The notes under the pieces were generated by a model, which was not told where the DNA came from, searched no databases, and saw nothing but the letters and a program-made list of their open reading frames with translations. From Candidatus Latescibacterota bacterium (GTDB lineage Bacteria; Latescibacterota; UBA2968; GCA-2709665): a DNA stretch of 64,000 nucleotides. A program made the translations under genes and the position numbers. How positions within the stretch are numbered: the stretch's first letter is position 1; each line of letters begins with the position of its first letter. Location of the stretch: positions 4,480,001 to 4,544,000 of the forward strand of contig CBDCOX010000002.1 of the NCBI GenBank assembly GCA_965219995.1, in the 5' to 3' direction. Positions 38,608-48,414 of the stretch are shown here, in pieces.

Positions 38608-40716
38608 ATGAATCTGGACGATCCAACACTGTATACCAACCGGGAAATCTCCTGGCTTCGCTTTAATGAACGCGTCCTCGAGGAAGCCCGCGACCCCGGG
38701 AACCCCTTGTTGGAGCGGGTGAAGTTTCTCGCCATCGTGGCCAACAATCTGGACGAGTTTTTCGAGATTCGCGTTGCCGGGCTGCTCCAGCAAATGGAAG
38801 CCGGCGTACCCGACGCCGGCCCCGACGGGCTGTTACCCGAAGAATTGTTCGAAGCCGTTTCCCGGGAAGCCCATCGGATGGTCGACGAGCAATATGCCTG
38901 CTGGAACGAAGAGCTGCTGCCCGCGCTGAAAGAGGCCGACGTGCATATCCGCTCGGCGCAGGATCTCAGCACCGCGGAACAGGCATTCGTCCGCGACTAC
39001 TGGCTTGGCGAACTCCATCCTGTTCTGACGCCGCTCACCGTCAATCCGGCCCATCCCTTTCCCCGAGTGGTGAACAAATCGCTTTGCCTGGCCGTACTGC
39101 TCAGGGACAGCGAAGGCGACACACTGTTCGGTGTGGTTACGGTTCCGCGCCTGCTGCCGCGTCTCATCCGCCTGCCCAGGGAAGACGAAGGCCGGCGTGT
39201 GGATTACGTGTTTCTGGCCGACCTCGTGAGGGCGCACATCCCGGAATTGTACCGGGGATATGAAATCCTGGGCACGGCCCCGTTTCGCATCACGCGCAAC
39301 AGCGACCTCTATCTCGACGAGGAAGAAGCCGACGACCTGCTCCTGGCCATCGAAGACGAACTCAAACGCAGGCGCAAGGGGGATACCGTCCGATTGGAAA
39401 TCGACGCGGCCGCGCCAAAACAGATCGTACGTCGACTTCGGGCGATGTACGATCTGGGCGAAAAACAGGTTTACCGGGTGAACGGTCCGGTCAATCTCAA
39501 CCGTCTGATGATGCTCTACGGTGCGACGCGGCGACCGGACCTGAAGGACCCGCCGTACCATCCTGCGGAATACCCGTTCGCCGAAGACCTCGACCAGCTT
39601 TTCGCCGAGATCCGGCAACGGGATATTCTGCTGCATCACCCATACGACTCGTTTCAACCGGTCGTCCAGTTTGTCCAGTCGGCGGCGAGGGACCCGGACG
39701 TCCTGGCCATCAAACAGACGCTGTATCGCACAACCGAGGACTCGCCGATCATGGATGCGTTACTCAAGGCGGCCGAGGCGGGCAAAGAGGTCACCGTCAT
39801 CGTGGAACTCAAGGCCCGCTTCGATGAAGCATCCAACATCCGGTGGGCGCGGCAACTCCAGGATGCCGGAGTATACGTCGCCTACGGCGTAGTGGGCCTG
39901 AAGACCCACTGCAAATTGTCCATGCTGGTCAGGCGCGAAGCCGGGGGCCTCCGCCGCTACGCCCACATCGGCACCGGTAACTACAACCCGTCAACGGCGC
40001 GCGTCTATACGGATCTGGGTCTGATGACAACCAGGGAGGACATCACCAGCGACGTCGCCGAAGTCTTCAATCTCCTGACGACGCAATCCGACCGTCCGGA
40101 AGTCAGAAAACTGCTGGTTGCGCCGTTCAATATGATGGACTGCCTCCTTGGCAAAATCGATCGTGAGATCGAACATGCCAAGAGCGGACGGCCCGCCCGC
40201 ATCGTTTGCAAGATGAACTCCCTCCAGGACGAAAAGGTGGCCAAAGCGCTATACAAGGCGTCCCGGAACGGCGTGGACGTCGACCTGATCGTCCGCGGGA
40301 TCTGCTGTATCCGTCCGGGGATTCCCGGTGTCAGCGACCGCATTCGCGTCAGGAGCATTGTCGGCAGATACCTCGAGCACAGCCGCATATACATGTTTCA
40401 GAACGGATCCGATCCCGAGATTTACACCGGGAGCGCGGACTGGATGCCCCGCAATCTCCGCCGCCGCGTTGAGATTCTCTGTCCCATCGAAGACCCGGTA
40501 CTTGTCCGGCGAATTCAATCCGAGATTCTGTCTCCCTGCCTGGCGGACAACCTCAAGGCCCGCGAACTCCTTCCGGACGGCGACCATCGTCGCATCGGGC
40601 CGTCAAACGGCAGACCGGCTCTTTCATCGCAGGAGGTGATGATGGGCCTCGCCCGTGGAGAAACCATCGACATTCCGGATTTTTTCGCCGGCAACGGTCT
40701 GCAGCCGGATTCATAA
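38608..40716 (+). CDS. ppk1: Polyphosphate kinase 1
   Basis: NREISWLRFNERVL, LLHHPYDSF, ELKARFDE, KTHCK, GTGNYN, LEHSR, SADWMPRN. Confidence 0.97.
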   Translation: MNLDDPTLYTNREISWLRFNERVLEEARDPGNPLLERVKFLAIVANNLDEFFEIRVAGLLQQMEAGVPDAGPDGLLPEELFEAVSREAHRMVDEQYACWNEELLPALKEADVHIRSAQDLSTAEQAFVRDYWLGELHPVLTPLTVNPAHPFPRVVNKSLCLAVLLRDSEGDTLFGVVTVPRLLPRLIRLPREDEGRRVDYVFLADLVRAHIPELYRGYEILGTAPFRITRNSDLYLDEEEADDLLLAIEDELKRRRKGDTVRLEIDAAAPKQIVRRLRAMYDLGEKQVYRVNGPVNLNRLMMLYGATRRPDLKDPPYHPAEYPFAEDLDQLFAEIRQRDILLHHPYDSFQPVVQFVQSAARDPDVLAIKQTLYRTTEDSPIMDALLKAAEAGKEVTVIVELKARFDEASNIRWARQLQDAGVYVAYGVVGLKTHCKLSMLVRREAGGLRRYAHIGTGNYNPSTARVYTDLGLMTTREDITSDVAEVFNLLTTQSDRPEVRKLLVAPFNMMDCLLGKIDREIEHAKSGRPARIVCKMNSLQDEKVAKALYKASRNGVDVDLIVRGICCIRPGIPGVSDRIRVRSIVGRYLEHSRIYMFQNGSDPEIYTGSADWMPRNLRRRVEILCPIEDPVLVRRIQSEILSPCLADNLKARELLPDGDHRRIGPSNGRPALSSQEVMMGLARGETIDIPDFFAGNGLQPDS

Positions 40717-40780
40717 AAAGGACGGAGAACTTACCATCCGTCCTCCGTCTTCCTTTTTTCCGGTCGAAATTGATGTACGG

Positions 40781-42334
40781 CTATGCGGACTGAAGCGTAA
40801 AGCCAAAGGTGGAACCCGCTCCCAGTACGCTCGTCGCGTAGACCCGTTCCCCGTGGGCCTCAACGATATGCCGGACAATCGAAAGTCCCAGTCCGGTTCC
40901 ACCCTGTCTTCTGGATCGCCCCGCATCCACCCGGTAGAACCTCTCGAAAACCCTCGGCAGCGAGTCGGAAGCGATCCCGATGCCCGTATCTGTAACCTCG
41001 AGTGCAAACCGTTCGCCCGTAGCGCCCGGCACTGAGGCCTCATCCGTGTTGCCGGGATGAGCCGCCAGCACAACGTTCGGTGCGTTCGCCGCGTCCGTAC
41101 CCGCGAAAATTTCCTCCGACATAAGCCGCCTTCCGGCCACCCGCACCTGCCCGCCCCGGGTTGTGTATTTGACGGCGTTGTCGAGCAGGTTGACCACGGC
41201 CTGCTCGATCAGATTCGGGTCGCCGTGGACCACCGGTTCGTCCTGAATCGAGATTTCAACGACGATGTCATTTGCTTCGGCCTGACTCCGGATTGAATCG
41301 TACGCCCTGTCCACCACCCGTCGAATCGCGAAATCCTCGATTTCAATCGGCGGCGTGTCGGACTGCAGCCGCGAGAGATCGAGCAGATCGTCCAGCAGCA
41401 CCTGGAGCCGGTCCGAATGCGTGCGGATGGTCTGCAAGAATCGATCGGCGGTGCCGCGGTCCTCGAGCGCGCCCTCGGCAAGCGTATCCGCACACCCCTT
41501 GATCGCCGTGAGCGGCGTTCGTATTTCGTGGGATACATTGGCCACGAAATCCTTGCGCGCCCGCTCCAGCCGATGCAATTCGGTCGTGTCGTGGAAAACC
41601 GCCGCCACACCCATCCCAACGTTCTCCCGACGGATCGGTGCCACGTGCACGTCGAAGTGTCGTTCGGGAAGACCGGACGCCGTCATGGTCCGCGTCAGGG
41701 TCTCGCCGGTTTTCAGGGTGTGTTCGATGGCTTCCTGAACCCTTACGTCGCGGATCATTTCCACCTGCGGACGGCCTTCCGAGGGGGACGTCACGCCGAA
41801 GAGCCGGTCGAACGTGTGGTTTGTGAGGAGAACGCGGCCGTCGTGCCCCGTGACGAGGATGCCGACGGTGATGTCCGCGAGAATCGCCTCAAGCCGTGAC
41901 TTTTCACCGAGGATGTCCGCGGTGTGCTCCTGGATCTGCCGCCGCGCGGACGCCAGAGACGTTGCCAGATCGGTGATTTCCGGGGGAGAGGCGATGAAAG
42001 GCGGCTCACGAGCGTAATCGCCGCCGGCCATGGCACGCGAGAATTCCGTCAATTTCCGTATCGGTTGTAATACGGAACGTGAGAAGATGGCGGCCAGCAC
42101 CAACGCCATGGTCAGCCCCAGCGCGGCGGCAAGCAGGACGGCCGGATTGACACGCTCCTGCAGGCGACCCGCGTGCTCCACCGTCACGAGCGGGAAGGGT
42201 TCCCCAGTGATCGCGTCTGTGCCTTGCGTCACCGGGGTATCCTGTATCGTACCCGTCAGGGTAACATGCACGGCCGCCAGGGTCGTCACGACGACGGCCG
42301 CGCAAATCAACGACAACCGCCAGTGCAATTTCAT
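40781..42334 (-). CDS. phoR: PhoR-like sensor histidine kinase (TM-HAMP-PAS-HisKA-HATPase)
   Basis: DFVANVSHEIRTPLT, NLLDNAVKY, RVFERFYRVD, GGTGLGL. Confidence 0.9.
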   Translation of the reverse strand: MKLHWRLSLICAAVVVTTLAAVHVTLTGTIQDTPVTQGTDAITGEPFPLVTVEHAGRLQERVNPAVLLAAALGLTMALVLAAIFSRSVLQPIRKLTEFSRAMAGGDYAREPPFIASPPEITDLATSLASARRQIQEHTADILGEKSRLEAILADITVGILVTGHDGRVLLTNHTFDRLFGVTSPSEGRPQVEMIRDVRVQEAIEHTLKTGETLTRTMTASGLPERHFDVHVAPIRRENVGMGVAAVFHDTTELHRLERARKDFVANVSHEIRTPLTAIKGCADTLAEGALEDRGTADRFLQTIRTHSDRLQVLLDDLLDLSRLQSDTPPIEIEDFAIRRVVDRAYDSIRSQAEANDIVVEISIQDEPVVHGDPNLIEQAVVNLLDNAVKYTTRGGQVRVAGRRLMSEEIFAGTDAANAPNVVLAAHPGNTDEASVPGATGERFALEVTDTGIGIASDSLPRVFERFYRVDAGRSRRQGGTGLGLSIVRHIVEAHGERVYATSVLGAGSTFGFTLQSA

Positions 42335-42556
42335 CTCACTCGCCGTCCTCCGGCGAATCCACTGTATTCGTCCAGGAACCGGATATTACAAGCCCCATAG
42401 AGGAGAGATCTGTCGATTTCGCTCAGAGTGAAAAAAAGACCCGCGCCATTTCCAGGAAATGGGACACAGGCCATTGGTAACGAACAACCAGGAACTCGGG
42501 CATTCAGCCTGATCCGGCAGACTGTCTTGAGTTGCTTCCGTACGCCTCAAAACTGC

Positions 42557-42826
42557 TCACGCGGCCTGTAGCGGGGCCAGTTCTTCGGGGTCAAGCAGAG
42601 GGACGTTCAGCTCGTTCAACACCTCGTTGATCTGGTCGGAAGTCACTTGATCCGGAGCAGTGATCTCCAAACCTATCGGATGTCCTTCCGCCTCATAGTC
42701 CACCAACAGACCCATCCGAATCTTCTCCGTCCTCACGCTTCTGGCCATGGCCGTTCTGGGAAAGTACAAATACGCTGCCAGCGGCCGGCCTTTTCGAAAC
42801 GTAATTTCCAAATATCGATCTTTCAT
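42557..42826 (-). CDS. DUF2283-family protein (putative antitoxin)
   Basis: AAYLYF...LLVDYEAEGHPIGLEI signature; ATGA overlap with the upstream gene. Confidence 0.82.
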   Translation of the reverse strand: MKDRYLEITFRKGRPLAAYLYFPRTAMARSVRTEKIRMGLLVDYEAEGHPIGLEITAPDQVTSDQINEVLNELNVPLLDPEELAPLQAA

Positions 42827-43098
42827 CGTCCCTTGCTTTCTCTGATCGGATAAGCGGTGACAATCACCAGCAACTGTTCTTCAAAGTCCGGTTCGACAAT
42901 AACCTCCCAATCCACCTGATGATACCGAATTTCTACGACATAACGGCCGTAATACTCGTCTGGCCGAAAGCCTCCTGCACGGCTTAACATCTCTCTCAGC
43001 GCGATTTCCGTGAAATCCCTCTGCTCCATTCGTTTTTCGGCGTGCGGGGTGATTTCGAGTTCCCATTTCCACCAATCCGGCCAATTCATCTTTGCCAT
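42823..43098 (-). CDS. DUF4258-family protein (putative RelE/BrnT-like toxin)
   Basis: ITPHAEKRMEQR...VIVTAY signature. Confidence 0.82.
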   Translation of the reverse strand: MAKMNWPDWWKWELEITPHAEKRMEQRDFTEIALREMLSRAGGFRPDEYYGRYVVEIRYHQVDWEVIVEPDFEEQLLVIVTAYPIRESKGR

Positions 43099-43233
43099 CC
43101 GAACGGAGTCCGGGCTGACCCGCTATAAATATAAAGAAAACTGAACATTCAATACACTATTTTACGGTTTGGCAAAAATCAGTCGCAGGAGTGAAGACAA
43201 GGGGCATGAGCAGTCGGAATCACAGCGAGATCT

Positions 43234-44706
43234 TTAGACTCGCCGTCCTCCGGCGAATCCACTGTATTCGTCCAGGAACCACTCGGCCTGCTTCGTCATG
43301 AAAACGCCGATCTCATCGCCCTTGAAGGCGAAAGAAATCATGAGCCGTCCCAGGTAGACGTCCGTGACGCAGACCTCCATGTTGAGCGTCCGCCCGTCGA
43401 CCCACGCGGCAGAGGCCTGGCATTCGTACTCGATACCGGGGACCTGGCCGATCTGTTCGCCGAAGTAGTTGCGCTGGGGAAACTTGCCGGGCAGCACGCG
43501 ACCGACTCCGAAACGCAGCACATTGTCGCCCTGACCGTTGGTGTACTCCCATGCGCCCTCATCATCACCGAACGACAGGCGCATCCGGGTGATCCCCATC
43601 GGGTTGTCTTCGAGGGCATACCATGCACCGTTGACATCCGAGGCCGGGGGAGCATCGGGATCCCCTGGAATCGGCAGGACTTCCAGGCGTTCGATTCTGC
43701 TGGCAAGTGCCGCACCGGCGTCGCGGTCTTCGGGAAGCGGCGCGTCTGACAGGTGGCGGTAGAGTTCGTCGCGCATCACGGCGGGAATGGCGCTGCCCGC
43801 CGCCGCGCCCTGGGTGTCTGCGATACAGGTGAACAGGAAATCTTTATCTGGAAAACAGATGGCGTACTGACTGCCCATCCCGCGGAAGGAGAATCCGTTC
43901 TCTTCCTCGCGCCAGATCTGATATCCGTACCCGCTGTTTCCCCGGATCGTGTTGTCGATCTGACAGGCGGTCGCGGCGCGCACGAATGCTTCCGGCAGAA
44001 CCCTCTCGTCTCCCCATGTGCCGCCGTTCATGCAGGCGAGTGCGACTCTGGCCAGGTCGCGGAGCGTGCAGATGACGCCCGATCCGCCCCACGACCCGCC
44101 CTCGGGCGTGCGAATACACCATGCGTCGGCCGAGAACCCGATCCGGTCCAGAAATCGCGGACGCATATAGTTCAGAAAGGGCATGCCGGAAAGCCGTTCC
44201 ACCGCGGCCGTAAGCACGACGGTCGCGGCGGTGTCGTACGCGAAAATCGTTCCCGGTGGATGCGAGGGGGCCTGGTTGAAGAAGGTCCACACCCAGTCCG
44301 GGTCGTTGCGTGAGTAGGAGTTTCTCGAATGGGGGGTCGACATCGTCAGGAGGTCCCTGACGGTCGAAGCGGCAAGCCACGGATGAAGGTCTTCCGGCAG
44401 CTTGTCCGGGAAGGTTTCGACGACCCGGCTGTCGAGGGTGAGCCTGCCTTCGTCGATCATCATGCCGACCGCGAGCGCAACGAAGCTCTTGCTGACCGAA
44501 TACATGCGGTGCTTGTGCACCCGGGACCATGGGGCCCAGTATCCCTCCGCCGCGATCCTGTTGTGACGCACCAGCAGAAAACCGTGCATGCAGATGCGTT
44601 CGGAGTCGATCCGCTGCAGGAAGTTCAGGATCGCCCGCGACGGGATGCCCTGGCTTTCAGGTGAGGGTGCCAGTGTAAAGAAATCTTCAGATGCGGATCG
44701 CGTCAT
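43234..44706 (-). CDS. Serine hydrolase, beta-lactamase/PBP-like family
   Basis: YSVSKS (SxxK), LLTMS, FAYD, GYGYQIW; no signal peptide; start approximate. Confidence 0.88.
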   Translation of the reverse strand: MTRSASEDFFTLAPSPESQGIPSRAILNFLQRIDSERICMHGFLLVRHNRIAAEGYWAPWSRVHKHRMYSVSKSFVALAVGMMIDEGRLTLDSRVVETFPDKLPEDLHPWLAASTVRDLLTMSTPHSRNSYSRNDPDWVWTFFNQAPSHPPGTIFAYDTAATVVLTAAVERLSGMPFLNYMRPRFLDRIGFSADAWCIRTPEGGSWGGSGVICTLRDLARVALACMNGGTWGDERVLPEAFVRAATACQIDNTIRGNSGYGYQIWREEENGFSFRGMGSQYAICFPDKDFLFTCIADTQGAAAGSAIPAVMRDELYRHLSDAPLPEDRDAGAALASRIERLEVLPIPGDPDAPPASDVNGAWYALEDNPMGITRMRLSFGDDEGAWEYTNGQGDNVLRFGVGRVLPGKFPQRNYFGEQIGQVPGIEYECQASAAWVDGRTLNMEVCVTDVYLGRLMISFAFKGDEIGVFMTKQAEWFLDEYSGFAGGRRV

Positions 44707-45415
44707 CTCGCACGCGTTCTCCATTGAAACGGTAGCCGACGCCGCGGACGGTTTCGACCATTTCGCTTGCGCCGCCGAGTTTCTCTCTCAACCGTCGGAC
44801 ATGGGTATCCACGGTCCGGCCGTAACCGGCGTAATCGTAACCCCACACCGTGTTCAGAAGTTCCTCCCGGGACTGCACGCGCCCCCGTCGTTCCGCCAGC
44901 GTAACCAGCAAACTGAATTCGGTGGAAGTCAATGCCAGTGCATCGCCGCCCACGGTTACCCGGTGGGCGGCCTGATCGATGGTGAGCGGCCCGAATCGCA
45001 TCGTTTCCGCACCGGACGTTTGCGATGCCGGGTCCCGCGGTTCCGCCAGTCGCCTCAGGATGGCCTGGACCCGAAGTACGAGCTCTCGGGGCGAAAACGG
45101 CTTCACAACGTAGTCGTCCGCTCCCAGTTCCAGGCCGACGACGCGGTCCACCTCTTCGGCGCGCGCCGTCAGCATCAGAATCGGCAGTTTACGGGTGGCC
45201 GCGTCCTGCTTCAGCAGCCTGCACACTTCCAGCCCGTCTATTCCGGGCAGCATCAGGTCCAGGACCACCAGATCGGGAATCTCATTCCGAATGAGTTCGA
45301 CGGCCGCTTCGCCGGTCTCGACGGCGACCACCGTAAAGCCCGCCTTCTCAAGGTTGTACGAGACGATCTCCCGAATATCAACTTCGTCTTCAACCACCAG
45401 AATGTTTCCTGTCAT
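44687..45415 (-). CDS. phoB: PhoB-like OmpR-family response regulator
   Basis: LVVEDE, VLDLMLPG, GADDYVVKPF, RTVDTHVRRLREKL, ETVRGVGY; in phosphate island. Confidence 0.9.
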   Translation of the reverse strand: MTGNILVVEDEVDIREIVSYNLEKAGFTVVAVETGEAAVELIRNEIPDLVVLDLMLPGIDGLEVCRLLKQDAATRKLPILMLTARAEEVDRVVGLELGADDYVVKPFSPRELVLRVQAILRRLAEPRDPASQTSGAETMRFGPLTIDQAAHRVTVGGDALALTSTEFSLLVTLAERRGRVQSREELLNTVWGYDYAGYGRTVDTHVRRLREKLGGASEMVETVRGVGYRFNGERVRDDAIRI

Positions 45416-45698
45416 GGATGTCCTCGCGTCAACAACAGCCCCGTCGTCCCGCCAGGGTTCGAGACGTCATCTGCTCTCCGAAACGCAATATACGAAAAGG
45501 AACGAAATGTGCAATGCCACTGGGCCGATATTGGACGGCCGGAAAAAAACCGGATTGTCCATCACACGGGAGATCGACGGGACAGCATGACAATCCGATT
45601 GAGCGTGAGAACGCGTGTTGTCAGGTGTTCCGTCTCGGTAACGAGTTGACTGACGCTGAGGTATTTTCGGGACGGAACCATGTTCGCCGCAAAGTACA

Positions 45699-47669
45699 CT
45701 ATACGGGAGAAAAGGAGATATCGCCCAGCCAGGGGTCGCAGCGGCCCAGCCTCACGGCCAGGGTGTCTCCGGGCGCCGCCTTCGGGGGCGGCCTGATATC
45801 CGTCTGGAATGCGAAATCCAGTATCTCGACGTTCATCGTCCGATCTCGCGCTTCAAGCACAACGGCCTCGAACACGTCGCCGATCCGACCCTGCAGGTAC
45901 CGAAACAGCCAGTAACGCTCCCGCCGCCGCTCGATGCGGATCAGGGTGCGCATCCGTTCCTCGGCTTCGAAGACCACGCGCTGGATATGCTCCTCGTCGT
46001 AGGGAAGCGGCCGATCCATCAGATAAGCCGCCACCTGCCTCTGAACCGCCAGGTCCGTATACCGCCTCAATGGCGATGAGGCCTGGCAGTACGCCTCCAC
46101 GCCCAGCCCGCCGTGCAGTTCCGGTGTCACGCTCATCGACGCGCGCCGCATTCGGCGCAACACCCGGTACCGGCGCAACACTTCATTCTCCACGTCGCTG
46201 AATTCCGCGAGTTCCGGTGCGGCCTGGATCCGGTACACCACCGGAATGCCCCGGTCCCGGCTGAACCGCGCCACCGCAACGTTGGACATCACCATCATCT
46301 CGCTCACGAGTAGGTTCGCCGGAGACCTGCCGTCCTCCAACGACACCTCGATCTTCCCCTCCGCCGTTATCCCGATGCGCCGGTTCGGATGTTCCACGTC
46401 GATCGCGCCGTTCTGCAGCCTTTCGATGCAGTGCCACTCCGCGACGGTGTGCAGTGCCGAAAACTCGCTGTGCAGGGAATGGGAGGAATCCTCCAGAATC
46501 CCGTCCACGGCTTCATAGGAGAGTTTTTCGCGGCACCGTATCACCGAAGGAACGATATCGACGCTTTCCACCGTTCCATCCGCCGAAACGTCGAACAACT
46601 GACTCAGCGCAAGCCGCAGAGCACCCGGCCGAAGGCTCCCCAGATCGCTGGAAACCCTCTCCGGAAACATGGGAATCTTCCGGTCCGGGAAGTAGAGGCT
46701 GGAAACCCTCGCCGCAGCCTCCCGGTCCGGTTCCGAATCCAGGGGAACCAGACCTGCCACGTCGGTGATGTGCACGCCAACCTGCATGGACCTGTCGGCT
46801 CGTATCACGACCGATACGCCGTCGTCCATATCGGTGGTTGCGGCGTCGTCGACCGCGTAGACCGCCAGATCCGTCAGGTCCCGTCGACGGCCGTCGTCCG
46901 GCAGCGAAGCCGGTCCCAATGCTTCGGCCGCCCGGCTGACTACCGGCGGGAATTCGACCGGCACCTCGGCCCGGATCAGGTCCAGGTGTTCATCCGGCTC
47001 CCAAACGCCGTGCCGGACAAGCCGGTCAAAGACGAGGCGCGCGTCCACCCTGGCGTCCGCCATGCGTTCCATCCACCCGGTGTGAACACTCTTCTCTCCG
47101 CGCAACACGGTATCCTTCAGCCGATCGACCCATCCGTCGACGAGTTCCGGAGGTCCTTCACGACACTCGGAGAACCACTGCTGGAATTGCGCCTTCACTT
47201 CGGCTCGCTCGGCCTCGCGTCTTGCCGCGGACCGTCGGCCCTGAACCGCTTCCTCGCTCAACGCGCGGTACCCGCCCCCGCACCGTTCGGCCTCAAAAAA
47301 CAGGTTCTGCTCCAGACGGACCAGAAGTGCGGCGCGCTGGTCCGGCGTCACGTCCCCGCCGAAATAGAGATCCGCCAATCCGTCCACGGTCCAGACATCC
47401 GCGTCGTCGCGCACCAGTTCCCACGCGTCCTCGAGGTCTATTTCCTCGCTTTCCGCCTTCGCGCGCGACATCCACGCGGCGGCGCCGGTCCAGTCAGCGG
47501 CCGTTTCACCGGTGCAAAGCAACACGTTCCCGGCGGGCGTATTCACCGTTTCCTTGCGTGCCGTCGCAAAGCGCACCTTTCCGCCTTGCGAAGACAGGCA
47601 CACGCCGGCCATCAACCGGTTGCGGTACCGGAAGAACGCAATCTCGTTTTCCATGAGTGCCATAGCCAA
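45699..47669 (-). CDS. RNB-domain exoribonuclease (RNase II/R family)
   Basis: AVDDAATTDMDDGVS catalytic motif, VHITDV, HGGLG...SSPLRRYTDL. Confidence 0.9.
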   Translation of the reverse strand: MAMALMENEIAFFRYRNRLMAGVCLSSQGGKVRFATARKETVNTPAGNVLLCTGETAADWTGAAAWMSRAKAESEEIDLEDAWELVRDDADVWTVDGLADLYFGGDVTPDQRAALLVRLEQNLFFEAERCGGGYRALSEEAVQGRRSAARREAERAEVKAQFQQWFSECREGPPELVDGWVDRLKDTVLRGEKSVHTGWMERMADARVDARLVFDRLVRHGVWEPDEHLDLIRAEVPVEFPPVVSRAAEALGPASLPDDGRRRDLTDLAVYAVDDAATTDMDDGVSVVIRADRSMQVGVHITDVAGLVPLDSEPDREAAARVSSLYFPDRKIPMFPERVSSDLGSLRPGALRLALSQLFDVSADGTVESVDIVPSVIRCREKLSYEAVDGILEDSSHSLHSEFSALHTVAEWHCIERLQNGAIDVEHPNRRIGITAEGKIEVSLEDGRSPANLLVSEMMVMSNVAVARFSRDRGIPVVYRIQAAPELAEFSDVENEVLRRYRVLRRMRRASMSVTPELHGGLGVEAYCQASSPLRRYTDLAVQRQVAAYLMDRPLPYDEEHIQRVVFEAEERMRTLIRIERRRERYWLFRYLQGRIGDVFEAVVLEARDRTMNVEILDFAFQTDIRPPPKAAPGDTLAVRLGRCDPWLGDISFSPV

Positions 47670-47708
47670 TGTAAACGCCGGGTACGCCCCGTTCGTCCGG
47701 TTTCCGGC

Positions 47709-48092
47709 CTATTGCTGCGGTTTTCTGGCGACCACGTCGATTTCCACCAGGATGCCCGGCAGTACGGACTGCACCGTTGTCCTGGCCGGCCGGACGCCCG
47801 TGAAGAACCCGGAATACACCCCGTTGAATGCCGAGAAATCGCCGATATCCGCGAGATGACAGGTCGATTTGACCACGTCGTCCATCGTACAGCCCGCTTC
47901 CTGCAAGACCTTGCGGATGTGCTCCAGCGTAACGCGGGTCTGTGTCTCTATATCGTCGCCGATCACCTCGCCGGTGGCCAGGTCAAGCGACGCATGCCCG
48001 CTCACGTAAACCCATCCGTCCACTTCGACCGCCGCCGAATACGCCCCCGTGTCCACCTGTTTGTCGGGGTGTCTGATCTCCCGCTTGCCCAT
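47709..48092 (-). CDS. RidA/YjgF family protein
   Basis: YSAAV...YVSG, PARTTVQS, LVEID. Confidence 0.92.
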   Translation of the reverse strand: MGKREIRHPDKQVDTGAYSAAVEVDGWVYVSGHASLDLATGEVIGDDIETQTRVTLEHIRKVLQEAGCTMDDVVKSTCHLADIGDFSAFNGVYSGFFTGVRPARTTVQSVLPGILVEIDVVARKPQQ

Positions 48093-48414
48093 CGTGTGTC
48101 CTCCCATGCATAGAGCCTTCCTGTATCGTTTGTCGCGTCAATATAGTGAATTCCGGGGGACCGATCCAGCCGGATCTGTCCATTGAGCCAGTGCCCCGAT
48201 GCGCCTTGCATTTCGCCGGACGGGCGTTTATCTTCTCCGCAATCTGCTGTGTTGCGGTCGTATTCGTCAGGTATCGATTTGCCAGGCACGGGCGCCGCCC
48301 GCGGTGCCCCGGAATCGACAAGCGATCGTTTTCGGCTTCAGATGTCGCGCGCCCCCGTCCCCGCGGGGCAAGCCCCCGCCGGACCGCGCCGGATGGGCAT
48401 CCGGCATTGAGGAG

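Larger units (their letters stand above)
42338..43280. mobile_element. 900-bp TA cassette flanked by perfect 43-bp direct repeats
   Basis: ACTCGCCGTCCTCCGGCGAATCCACTGTATTCGTCCAGGAACC at 42338-42380 and 43238-43280; the repeat is the 3' end of the serine hydrolase gene. Confidence 0.8.

Noticed and set aside
41020-41130. ~35-aa low-complexity insertion in the PhoR ATPase domain
   Set aside because: Looks like a variable surface loop; no intein or repeat signature seen.
45416-45698. Expected Pho box upstream of phoB
   Set aside because: No convincing 11-bp-periodic repeat could be identified by eye.
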